40,340 bases of DNA from a virus (lineage: Duplodnaviria > Heunggongvirae > Uroviricota > Caudoviricetes): IMG/VR virus record IMGVR_UViG_2872185964_000009. One strand, written 5' to 3'. The position numbers and the translations under genes are program-made. This document shows, in pieces, positions 1 to 9,848 of the stretch. The notes under the pieces were generated by a model. It did not search any database. It saw only the letters and a list, made by a program, of their open reading frames with translations, and was not told the origin of the DNA. Every line of letters begins with the position of its first letter. Position 1 is the first letter of the stretch.

Positions 1-294
1 GTGGCGCACGTCTTCGGTGAACGCACTCTGGCCACACTGGAGCGTCTTCTGAGCCTGCTGTCGGCCTTTGAGGTCGTGGTATGGATGACGGATGGCTGGC
101 CGCTGTATGAATCACGCCTGAAGGGAAAGCTGCACGTTATCAGCAAGCGTTACACTCAGCGCATTGAGCGACATAATCTGAATCTGAGACAACATCTGGC
201 AAGGCTGGGACGGAAGTCACTGTCGTTCTCAAAATCGGTGGAGCTGCATGACAAGGTCATCGGGCATTATCTGAACATAAAACACTATCAGTAA
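1..294 (+). CDS. insB: IS1 InsB, C-terminal part (5' end outside window)
   Basis: 97-aa ORF about 85-90 percent identical to the InsB ORFs of the complete IS1 copies in this window. Confidence 0.85.
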   Translation: MAHVFGERTLATLERLLSLLSAFEVVVWMTDGWPLYESRLKGKLHVISKRYTQRIERHNLNLRQHLARLGRKSLSFSKSVELHDKVIGHYLNIKHYQ

Positions 295-309
295 GTTGGA
301 GTCATTACC
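1..309 (+). mobile_element. IS1, partial (window starts inside the element; right end ...GTAAGTTGGAGTCATTACC at 309)
   Basis: Terminal sequence matches the IS1 end seen in the other copies; InsB-like ORF 1..294 is a divergent isoform compared with the other copies. Confidence 0.9.
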
Positions 310-699
310 TAAATTCCTGGCGGAAGTGCGTCAGCACACCTGGTCATCCGGTACCAACGGTGTGGTGGCTGCAACGTTCTCACTGCGTCTGAAAGGCAAA
401 CCGGTGTCCTTTGTGGTACCGCTGGCGTTTGTGAAAAATCTGGATAAGACACTTACCGTGAATACCGGTGCGCTGCTGACAATGTCAGTCAGTGCCAACG
501 GGGAATGCCGCCGTATAAATACGCCTGGAAGAAGGATGGTCAGCCGGTTGACGGGCAGACGACAGACACCTTCAGTAAGCCAGGTGCGCAGTCCGCTGAT
601 GCGGGGAAATATACCTGCGTGGTGACCGATTCGGCAGAGAAAGCACAGAGTGTGACGTCTGTTGAATGCACCGTGACAGTGAGCGCAGCTGCCGGATAA
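310..699 (+). pseudogene. Lambdoid major tail protein (gpV-like) 3' fragment with C-terminal Ig-like domain; 5' end removed by IS1, split over two frames near 500
   Basis: Ig-like C-terminus (..KYTCVVTDSAEKAQSVTSVECTVTVSAAAG) directly upstream of the G/G-T pair, as in lambda V; assignment by position and domain flavour only. Confidence 0.45.
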
Positions 700-713
700 G
701 GGGATGGGTCATC

Positions 714-1088
714 ATGAAAAAGGATCTGAAAACGCTGGCGCTGGCCAGACTGTCAGGGTTTCGTCATAAAACGGTGAAGGTGCCGGAATGGGGGAATGTC
801 AGCGTGGTGCTGCGGGAGCCTTCGGCAGAGGCCTGGTATCTGTGGCAGGAAGTGCTCAATGGTGATGGAGAGGATGACGATACCCTGTCGGTGGTGGCGA
901 AAACCCGCCGTAACCTGGAAGCGGATGTGACGCTGTTCTGCGATGTCCTGTGTGATACGGACCTGCAGCGGGTGTTCACTCCGGACGACCGTGAGCAGGT
1001 GCTGGCCGTCTATGGTCCGGTACATGCCCGGTTGCTGCGTCAGGCACTGGAACTGATCGCTGATGCAGAGTCGGCCAGAAAAAAGTAG
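714..1088 (+). CDS. Tail assembly chaperone (lambda gpG-like)
   Basis: ATG at 714 with AAGGGGA RBS; 124 aa; sits between major tail and tape measure genes; ends at a slippery heptamer followed by an open -1 frame. Confidence 0.7.
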   Translation: MKKDLKTLALARLSGFRHKTVKVPEWGNVSVVLREPSAEAWYLWQEVLNGDGEDDDTLSVVAKTRRNLEADVTLFCDVLCDTDLQRVFTPDDREQVLAVYGPVHARLLRQALELIADAESARKK

Positions 1089-1393
1089 CCCGCCCGGAAA
1101 TTCGCTTTCTGATGCGACTTGCGCTCCGTCTGGGGCGCACCTTATCCGAACTGCGCCACAGCCTGAGTGCGAGCGAGGCGATGATGTGGATGGAGTTCGA
1201 CAGGATATCCCCGCTGGGTGATGAGCGCGGGGATATCCGTAATGCACAGATCGTGAAAGCGGTTTTCGGGGCACAGGGGATGAATGTTGCACTGAAGGAC
1301 GTCATGCTCTGCTGGGGCGAGGATGAGGATAAGCCGGAGGTGGATCCGTTTGCGGCGCTGGAAGACGCGCTGAGCTTTGCAGCACAGTCATGA
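714..1393 (+). CDS. Tail assembly protein G-T fusion produced by -1 ribosomal frameshift (T-specific part 1085..1393)
   Basis: Frame 2 is open from the slippery site through 1393 (VARPEIRFLMRLALRLGR..AAQS); canonical lambdoid G/GT arrangement. Confidence 0.6.
1079..1085 (+). other. Programmed -1 frameshift slippery heptamer A_AAA_AAG at the 3' end of G
   Basis: Codons aga-aaa-aag-tag in G frame; X_XXY_YYZ heptamer immediately before the G stop; -1 frame continues into T. Confidence 0.6.
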
Positions 1394-1401
1394 ATGATGA
1401 G

Positions 1402-1422
1402 AACCGCTGAGGCGGTTTTTTT
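1402..1422 (+). terminator. Short hairpin (AACCGC-TGAG-GCGGTT) plus T7 tract between T and the next ORF; weak intrinsic terminator or attenuator
   Basis: 6-bp stem, 4-nt loop, followed by TTTTTTT. Confidence 0.25.
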
Positions 1423-1440
1423 ACGCCCGGAGAAAGGTGA

Positions 1441-1701
1441 ATGGCGACGTTACGTGAACTGATTATCAAAATTGTAAGCTTCCGGGGAACTCATATTGAC
1501 GCATTTTTCAGGCGCGCGTCATCGGCGGCGCATACGAACGCTCGTGGTTTGATAACGGTTGATTTATTTTGTTGCACAGAGGCGATCGCCAGGCAGGTAC
1601 CGGAGGCGGGCTCTGAAGTACTGAGTAGCGTGATCGCGTCAGGCCGCGAAGTACTGACTCGGGGATTAATTGCAGGTGATGATGTACTGACCCGGGAATG
1701 A
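1441..1701 (+). pseudogene. Possible N-terminal fragment of the tail tape measure gene, cut off by the IS66-family insertion
   Basis: ORF with RBS (GGAGAAAGG) directly after G-T; same frame (mod 3) as the tape-measure ORF that re-opens at 4195; no sequence-level proof. Confidence 0.3.
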
Positions 1702-1835
1702 CTCCGGGCTGATTCAGGTTCTTATTCGCTGTCAGCCCGCGTGGTTGCTGGTCTGGCTCATTTCCTGCCGTCAGGAGTTCAACTCCCGACTGCAGGTTAT
1801 GGCCCGGTGCACGAACACCTGACGGCAGGTATCAC

Positions 1836-3436
1836 TCACCCGGAGAAGGTAAATCCCTCAAGAGGCAGCAACTCTGCCAGTCGCTCCTCCGGCCACTCCG
1901 GCAGACGCATCAGGACGTCTGTCAACCAGGCATGCGGCTCCAGACCGTTGCGTTTCGCGGTTTCCAGCAAGCTCATTATTTGCGCGGCGCGTTCTCCCGC
2001 CATCTGCGAACCGGCGAACAGCCACGATTTTCTGCCCAGAACCACGTTTTTGATGGCCCGTTCACACACATTATTATCCAGCGGCACCGCACCATCTTCC
2101 AGGAAGCGGCTCAGTTCCACGCGATGAGACAGCGCATAGGCAATGGCTTTGTGTAATGCCTTTCCCGGAGAACATTGCGGTTCCTGCTCTTCAAGCCATG
2201 ACCACAGTTCTTCCAGTATCGGACGGGCATAACGCTGTCGCCACTGGCGGATTTTTTCCACGGGGCGGCTACTGATCTTCTTCTCAAGACGGTACAACCC
2301 GCGATTTTCTTCACGGCTATGGCAGCCCGTGGATCTTTACTGATTTTATACAGGTCGGCGAAGCCCCTGCGGGCATGGGCCCAGCATCCGGCCAGCGTGA
2401 TCTCCGGCACTTTGTTTGCCAGAGTCCGGTAAGCTTTATGTCCGTCGACAACCAGCGTCCCGCCCCAGCCCTGAAGCCAGTTTTCAGGATACTCATGGCT
2501 ACGTCCGGTCCGGCAGTCGAAGCACACAACTGACGGTCCCGTCCTTTCTCCACTGACGTATGCCCACAGATAACCGGAGCAGGATTTACCGCCTTTCTTC
2601 GTGTTCAGGATCTTCAGGGTAGTCTCATCTGCATGCACCACCGGACGGTTTATCAACTCGCGATGGAGTAACGCCGCCAGGGGAGATAATGCGGCACCCG
2701 CCGCGCCAACCATGTCAGCCATCGAACTGACGGGCAGCCCGACATCTGAACGGGCAAAGACCTGTTGCTGGCGATACAGAGGCAGGTGGTCACCGTATTT
2801 ATTGATGATCACCTGTGCGATGACTGATGGCTCAACGGCACTTTTCGGGAGGATATGTGCCGGCATTTCACCGCTGAACACCTTCTGGCAACAGGGACAA
2901 CTGTATTGCGGACGGACATAACGGTTCACCACAAAGTGAGCGGGAATATACTCCAGCTTTTCACTCACCGCATCGCGGATATAGTGCAGCGGCTCGTCAC
3001 ATTCAGGGCAATGGTCAGTGTCCGGCTGGATAATTTTTTCCACCCGTGGAAGATGAACCGGTAAGGGTTTGCGTATCGGGCGTGAACGGGACGCTTTTTC
3101 ATCTTCTTCAGGGGATTGCGGGAGCAGTTTATCCAGATGTGCGGTAAGCGCGGCGATATCGGCATCAACATCCTCTTCGAATAGGGAGCGTTGCATACCA
3201 GCCAGCGTTTCACATTTTTTTCCGAAGCGCTGTTGACGAACCAGTTTCAGCATTTCTTCCAGAAGCTGGATGCGCCGGCTTTTCTCCAGTAATTCCCGCT
3301 CTTTTTCGGCATTCTCCGACATGACTTCTTGTACCATGGCAAGTGCCATAGCACGCAGTTTTTCGATGTCATTCGTGGTGTTGAGAGCGGAGATATCCAT
3401 ACAGGGGAGTATACCACTCCAGATACGGATATTCAT
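1836..3436 (-). pseudogene. IS66-family transposase TnpC (orf3), frameshifted between 2111 and 2297
   Basis: 441-aa N-terminal ORF with CxxC zinc-finger region and DDE-like core plus 153-aa C-terminal ORF in another frame. Confidence 0.8.
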
Positions 3437-3442
3437 TATTTT

Positions 3443-3837
3443 TCACTGAGTTAGCAGTGTATTTTGCGTGTTTTCAGGGCGCAGTTCAGGTTCATTCTGC
3501 CAGACCCATTTCGTCAGGTCATGTCCCTTAACCTGCTGCCAGTCAACACCGGCAATCAGCCAGTTAAACTCGTCGGGAGTGAGGTGCCAGGCAGCGTCAT
3601 TTGCACGTGGCCAGCGGAAGCTGCCTTTGTGCAGACGGCGGGTACACAACCACACCCGTGTTTATCCCACCGGAGAACTTTGATACGCGAACGGGCTTTG
3701 TTAACAAAGACGAAGGCGGCTCCCTCATGCCATGTCGACCGGAGTTCATCCTGTATATACTGCGTCAGTGAGTCGATGCCCCGGCGCATGTCAACAGGTT
3801 TAATTGCGATGAAGACATTATCAGGACTGAGCATATT
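3443..3837 (-). pseudogene. IS66-family TnpB (orf2), frameshifted
   Basis: MLSPDNVFIAIKPVDMRRGIDSL.. then ..RRLHKGSFRWP.. in a second frame; typical IS66 orf2 motifs. Confidence 0.7.
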
Positions 3838-4150
3838 TGAGTGCCCTGAAGACATCGGTAAGTTGTGACGGCTGACAGCACATCCGTACTCCACCGGGAA
3901 GGAAGAGCGTGACTGGCTCATTCGTGACGGGCTGTGGTACATCAGCATGCAGTGGTGGCGCAATATGAACGGGAAGAACGGTCGGTTCATTTGCCCGGCG
4001 TTCAGCTTTTGCGACATCCTGCGGCCATTCGCGAAGTGATGTGAAGGGAATATCGTTGAGTTCACAGTATTGCTGACGTGTAAGACCACTGGCGCGCCAG
4101 GCAGCAACGTGCTGCCTTTTCTGTTCAATGGTCCATCGGGGTTTTGACAT
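3821..4150 (-). CDS. IS66-family orf1 (TnpA, helix-turn-helix accessory protein)
   Basis: 109-aa ORF MSKPRWTIEQKRQHVAAWRASGLTRQQYCE..; RBS GGAG upstream; overlaps orf2 start. Confidence 0.75.
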   Translation of the reverse strand: MSKPRWTIEQKRQHVAAWRASGLTRQQYCELNDIPFTSLREWPQDVAKAERRANEPTVLPVHIAPPLHADVPQPVTNEPVTLFLPGGVRMCCQPSQLTDVFRALKYAQS

Positions 4151-4194
4151 CGATTATCTCCGGTAAGTTGGTGAATGGATGTCGGTAATACTAA

Positions 4195-7100
4195 CTGACC
4201 GAAGATCCCTATGAAGATGACTTCCCCGTAACGACACTCAAAATTTCGGCAAATTCACAGTCATTCCAGTCGGAGATCCAGCGGGCGTCCCGTATGGGCA
4301 GTGAATATTACCGGACCCTACAGAATGGCGGACGTCATGCCGCTGCTGCCGCACGGGAACAGCGCCGCGCCCTTGCAGAACTGAACAGTCAGTTGACGGA
4401 AATTCGCGGTTCTGCTGTCGGAATGGCTGGCGCATTTGCCGGTGCCTTTGCCACCGGACACCTGATTTCGCTGGCCGATGAGTGGGGTTCCGTGAATGCC
4501 CGTCTGAAACAGGCATCTCAGTCATCGGATGAATTCTCGTCATCACAGAAAGTGCTGATGGATATCAGTCAGCGAACAGGTACCGCGTTTTCGGATAATG
4601 CGGCCCTGTTTGCCCGTTCGGCTGCCTCGATGCGTGAATATGGTTACAGTGCTGATGATGTGCTGAAGGTGACGGAGGCCATTTCGACAGGACTGAAACT
4701 GTCAGGGGCTGGAGTTGCGGAATCCGGTTCGGTGATCACCCAGTTCAGCCAGGCACTGGCACAGGGTGTACTGCGTGGCGAAGAATTTAATGCTGTTAAC
4801 GAAAATGGCGACCGGGTGATCCGCGCGCTTGCTGCGGGGATGGGTGTGGCCCGTAAAGATCTGAAGGCAATGGCGGATGACGGAAAACTGACAGCGGATA
4901 AAGTGGTCCCTGCGTTAATCAGCCAGCTGGGGATATTACGTGATGAATATGCGGCCATGCCGGAAACGGTTTCCGGTAGTATCACGAAGGTGGAAAACGC
5001 CTTTATGGCCTGGGTGGGCGAAGTGAATGAGGCCTGCGGGGTGACAAAAACGCTCTCCGGCGTGCTGAACGGTGTTGCCGGACAGATTGATAATGTGGCA
5101 ACAGCTGTGGGGGCGCTGGTTGCCGTCGGGGTTGCCCGGTACTTTGGCAATATGGCCTCCGGAGCGATGTCTGCCACGGCAGGACTTGTGACGGCTGCAC
5201 GTAATGAAGTTGCACTGGCGGAAGCACAGTTCAGGGGAACGCAGATTGCCACGGCGCGGGCAAGGGCAGCCGTGTACCGTGCTCAGCAGGCCGTGGCGGC
5301 AGCCCGCGGGACGGAGATGCAGATTGCTGCAGAGGCCCGTCTGGCGGCCACACAGGAACGCCTGAACAGAAATATTGCTGCCAGAAGCGCCGCCCAGAAT
5401 GCGCTGAACAGTACAACGGCGGTGGGCTCACGTCTGATGAGCGGTGCGCTGGGGCTGGTTGGTGGCGTACCCGGACTGGTGATGCTGGGGGCTGCAGCAT
5501 GGTACACGCTGTACCAGAATCAGGAGCAGGCCTGGGAGTCTGCGCGCCAGTATGCACTGACGATAGATGAAATCGCGCATAAAACGCCGTCAATGTCTTT
5601 GCCTGAAGCCTCAGATAATGAAGGACGAACACGGGCGGCGCTGACAGAGCAGAACCGGCTGATTGATGAACAGGCTAGTCGGGTGAAATCCCTGCAGGAA
5701 AAAATCGCAGAATATCAGTATGTTCTGGCGAACCCGGGCTGGACGACCGTCGTGTGGCGTTAATTCGTCAGCAGGCGGCAGAGCAGAATAAGGTGTACCA
5801 GTCCATGCTGGTTATGAACGGTCAGCATACGGAATTCAACCGTCTGCTGGGGCTGGGTAATGAACTGCTTCAGCAGCGGCAGGGACTGGTGAATGTGCCG
5901 TTACGGCTGCCACAGGCCACTCTGGATGATAAACAGCAGAGTGCCCTGACAAAAACAGAGCGTGTCCGACTGGGGTATGCGGCGGATGACCTCGGTTTTG
6001 TGGATGATCCGTATCAGGAGGCGAGACAACGTTATATCAGTAATGCCCTGGAAGCCTGGCGCAATAACGAGGCGAATAAACCCAAATCCCGGGTGGAAAA
6101 TCAGAGACGGAAAAAGCGGAAGACAGTTTTTCCCGGCTGCTGAAGCAGCAGAAAGAGCAACTGGCACTGGCGGGGCAGAATACAGAGCTGGCGAAGCTGA
6201 AATACCAGACTGCGCAGGGCGAACTGAAAACCCTGACGGAGATGCAGAAGCAGGAACTGCTGCGCAATGCGGCCCTGATTGACCAGCAAAAAATCCGGGA
6301 GCAGTTGCGGTCCCGGGAAGAGACCCTGAAGAATGATAATGTGGCTGCGCGTGCATCAAATGAAGCGGAACTGCTGGGGTACGGGCAGGGAGAGCGGCTC
6401 CGTGAACGCATGCGGGAGTTGCAGCAGATCCGCGACAGTTTCCGCCAGAAGGATGCGGACCTTCAGTCTCAGTATCAGACCGGGGATATCAGTGAGGATT
6501 TTTACAGACAGGCTCTGGCACAGAACGCGCAGTATCTGAGTGAACGTCTGAAAGAGCAGGAAGCCTTTTATGCCGAATCGGATGTGCAGCGTGCGGACTG
6601 GCAGAAAGGGCTGCAGGAGGGATTCAGTAACTGGGTGGATAATGCGTCCGATTACGCCTCACAGGCAGTACAGCTTGCGACGGAGGGTATCTCAGGGATG
6701 GTGAATAACATCACGGAGATGCTGAACGGAAATAAAGTGGAATGGCGCAGCTGGGCCTCATCAGTGCTGCAGGAAATATCAAAAGTTCTTATGAATGCCG
6801 CGATTGTCAACGGGATCAAGACGGCGGCAAACAGTATGTCCGGAGCGGGAGGATTTATCGGCAGTATTGGTAGCTGGCTGGGCGGTGCGGTGGCCAATGC
6901 AAAAGGCGGTGTGTATACCTCGGCAAACCTGAGTGCGTACAGCAACAGTATTGTGGATACGCCCACGTACTTTGCCTTTGCAAAAGGGGCGGGACTGATG
7001 GGGAGGCCGGTCCTGAAGCCATTATGCCCCTGACCCGGGCGGCGGATGGCTCGCTGGGTGTGCGAGCGGTGGGCAGTATGAACGGCAGTGCAGGTCTGGT

Positions 7101-7254
7101 GTATTCCCCGGTCTACCATATCGCCATTCAGAATGACGGGACTAATGGCCAGATAGGGCCGGAAGCTGCGGGCAGCCTTGTGCAACTGATTGACCAGCGG
7201 GTGCAGGCGGTGATGCTGTCCATGCGACGTGACGGAGGAATGCTGAGTGGCTGA
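4195..7254 (+). pseudogene. Tail tape measure protein (lambda gpH-like C-terminal region); N-terminus displaced by IS66 element; reading frame broken near 5760, 6130 and 7030
   Basis: ORFs 4294..5763, 5754..6143, 6242..7033, 7024..7254 in four frames; last segment ..IQNDGTNGQIGPEAAG..RRDGGMLSG matches lambda H C-terminus. Confidence 0.85.
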
Positions 7255-7287
7255 GATAAAAACGCTGCATCTGGTCCGCGTGAAGGG

Positions 7288-7587
7288 ATGCAGGTGAGTG
7301 AGAAACCGTCGGTGGCGAGGGTACGGTTTGGTGACGGTTATGAACAGCGCCGCCCGACGGGACTTAATGCCCGACTGAAGACGTTTCAGGCGGTGTTCCG
7401 GGTGACGGATGAGGCGACCCGGCGATGGCTGGAAGAGTTTTTATCGTGGCATGGTGGTTACCGTGCCTTTTTGTGGCGACCGCCGAAACATAACCGGACG
7501 GTGAGGGTGGTATGCCGGGAGTGGAGCGTCACAGATAACGCCAGGTACAGTGATTTCAGTTGTACGATTGAGCAGGTGGTGAACTGA
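7288..7587 (+). CDS. Minor tail protein (lambda gpM-like); a possible upstream GTG start at about 7249 is out of frame
   Basis: ..VRFGDGYEQRRPTGLNARLKTFQ..EQVVN closely parallels lambda M. Confidence 0.85.
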   Translation: MQVSEKPSVARVRFGDGYEQRRPTGLNARLKTFQAVFRVTDEATRRWLEEFLSWHGGYRAFLWRPPKHNRTVRVVCREWSVTDNARYSDFSCTIEQVVN

Positions 7588-8284
7588 TGCAGGATATTCA
7601 CGAAGAAAGTCTGAGCGAGTCGGTTAAATCAGAGCAGTCACCGCGGGTGGTACTCTGGGAAATTGACCTGACGGTGCAGGGTGGTGAGCGGTATTTTTTC
7701 TGTAATGAGCTGAATGAAAAAGGGGAGCCGGTCACCTGGCAGGGGCGTAAGTATGAGGCATACCCGATTGACGGCAGCGGCTTTGAGATGAACGGCCGGG
7801 CAGCAGTGCCAGACCGTCGCTGACGGTGTCCAATCTGTTCGGTCTGGTCACCGGGATGGCGGAAGACCTGCAGAGTCTGGTGGGGGCCACGGTGGTCCGC
7901 CGCCGGGTGTATGCCCGTTTTCTGGATGCGGTGAATTTCGTTGCGGGCAATCCGGAGGCGGACCCGGAGCAGGAGCTGAGTGACCGCTGGGTGGTGGAGC
8001 AGATGTCGCAGCTGACAGCCATGACGGCCTCGTTTGTGCTGGCTACACCGACCGAGACGGACGGGGCGCTGTTTCCCGGTCGTATCATGCTGGCGAACAC
8101 CTGTATGTGGACCTACCGCTCTGATGAGTGTGGTTACACGGGTGGGGCTGTGGCGGATGAGTTCGATAAACCCACCACGGATATCCGTAAGGACAGATGC
8201 AGCAAGTGCATGCGCGGGTGTGAACTGCGCAGGAATGTCGGCAATTTTGGCGGTTTCCTTTCCATTAATAAACTTTCGCAGTAA
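7587..8284 (+). pseudogene. Minor tail protein (lambda gpL-like), one frameshift near 7790
   Basis: MQDIHEESL..VVLWEIDLT..GERYFFCNE..EPVTWQGR then ..GMAEDLQSLVGATVVRR..GNFGGFLSINKLSQ in a second frame; near-collinear with lambda L. Confidence 0.85.
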
Positions 8285-8294
8285 ATCCCGGTTT

Positions 8295-9033
8295 ATGACA
8301 CAGACTGAATCAGCGATTCTGGCGCATGCCCGGCGGTGTGCGCCTGCGGAGTCGTGCGGCTTCGTGATAAGCACGCCGGAGGGGAGCGGTATATCCCTTG
8401 TGTGAATATTTCTGCAGAGCCGGAGGCGTATTTTCGTATCGCACCGGAAGACTGGCTGCGGGCAGAGATGCAGGGGAGATTGTGGCACTGGTCCACAGTC
8501 ATCCCGGTGAGCTGCCCTGGCTGAGCGAGGCTGACCGGCGGCTGCAGATAAAAAGCGCACTGCCCTGGTGGCTGGTCTGCCGGGGGAAATTCATAAATTC
8601 CGCTGTGTGCCACATCTGACAGGACGGCGCTTTGAGCACGGGTGACGGACTGTTACACGCTGTTCCGGGATGCATACCATCTGGCGGGAATTGATATGCC
8701 GGATTTTCATCGCGAGGATGACTGGTGGCGCAACGGCCAGAACCTGTACCTGGACAATATGGCGGTCACCGGCTTTTACCGGGTGCCCCTGTCCTCTGCA
8801 CAGCCGGGCGATATTCTGCTGTGCTGCTTTGGTGCTTCGGTACCGAACCATGCCACCATTTACTGCGGCAACGGTGAGCTGCTTCACCATCTGCCTGAAC
8901 AACTGAGTAAACGGGAGAGGTATTCCGAAAAATGGCAACGACGAACGCATTCTGTCTGGCGTCACCGCCACTGGCACGCATCTGCCTTCACGGGATTTAC
9001 AACGATTTGGCCGCCGCCTCAGCCTGTATGTGA
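8295..9033 (+). pseudogene. Tail assembly protein (lambda gpK-like), several frameshifts
   Basis: MTQTESAILAHARRCAPAESCGF.. ; ..GEIVALVHSHPGELPWLSEADRRLQ.. ; ..TDCYTLFRDAYHLAGIDMPDFHREDDWWRNGQNLYLDN.. in different frames. Confidence 0.85.
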
Positions 9034-9616
9034 ACACGGCAGCGGAAGCCATTCGCGCCCTGTCGATGCAGATGCCGGGCTTTCGCCGTCAGATGAACGA
9101 AGGCTGGTACCAGATACGTATTGCCGGTGATGACACGGCACCGGAGGCGGTGTATGCCCGTCTTCACGAACAGCTGGGTGAGGGAACGGTCATCCACATT
9201 GTGCCGCGACTGGCCGGGGCCGGAAAGGGTGGACTGCAGATTGTGTTGGGGCGGCAGCCATCGTGGGCTCTTTCTTCACTGCCGGGGCATCAATGGCGTT
9301 ATGGGGTTCAGCCCTGGCAGCCGGTGGTTTTTCTGCCACCACGATGCTGTTTTCACTTGGAGCCAGCATGATTCTGGGCGGTGTGGCCCAGATGCTGGCC
9401 CCGAAGGCAAAAACACCGGATTACCGCGCAACGGATAACGGCAGACAGAACACGTACTTTTCCTCGCTGGATAACATGATTGCCCAGGGGAACCCGATGC
9501 CGGTGCCTTACGGGGAAATGCTGGTTGGCTCCCGCCGTATATCCCAGGACATCAGCACCCGTGATGAAGGCGGGGCGGAAAGGTCGTGGTTATCGGGCGA
9601 CAGGGATAAAACATAA
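8932..9616 (+). pseudogene. Tail assembly protein (lambda gpI-like), frameshifted; one G missing near 8998 breaks both K and I where they overlap
   Basis: MATTNAFCLASPPLARICLHG then ..DLQRFGRRLSLYVNTAAEAIRA.. and ..FTAGASMALWGSALAAGG..NTYFSSLDNMIAQGN.. ; matches lambda I. Confidence 0.8.
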
Positions 9617-9784
9617 AAAAATCCCGCAGTGATCGCGGAGCTGCGGGACAGACAAATGAAGATCAATGTGAAGGAGTTGTTTTTGTTACTCGGGCAAAAA
9701 AACACTAACGCAGCGAAATTATAAGCGCCACAGTCAGTGTGTGAAAATGTGAAGATATTCAGAAATTTTATTCCGTCATGACGC

Positions 9785-9816
9785 AGGCACCCGGTGAGGT
9801 GCCTGTTGTTTTTGTG
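9785..9816 (+). terminator. Hairpin AGGCACC-CGGTGA-GGTGCCT followed by GTTGTTTTTGTG in the I-J intergenic insert
   Basis: 7-bp stem, 6-nt loop, T-rich tail. Confidence 0.3.
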
Positions 9817-9848
9817 AGTGAACAATTATCACGGTAAGAGGTGATGTA

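Larger units (their letters stand above)
1693..4192 (-). mobile_element. IS66-family insertion sequence #1 (orf1-orf2-orf3 on minus strand); boundaries approximate, terminal inverted repeats not identified
   Basis: Three consecutive minus-strand ORFs with IS66 TnpA/TnpB/TnpC character; element interrupts the phage tape measure region. Confidence 0.75.

Noticed and set aside
1686-4200. 7-bp repeat ACTGACC as proof of an IS66 target-site duplication
   Set aside because: IS66-family elements make 8-bp duplications, the match is only 7/8, and a chance 7-mer match is expected; kept only as a weak hypothesis in the findings.
4644-6411. Multiple minus-strand ORFs inside the tape measure gene
   Set aside because: Embedded antisense frames in a GC-rich, Ala-rich gene with strong sense-strand homology.
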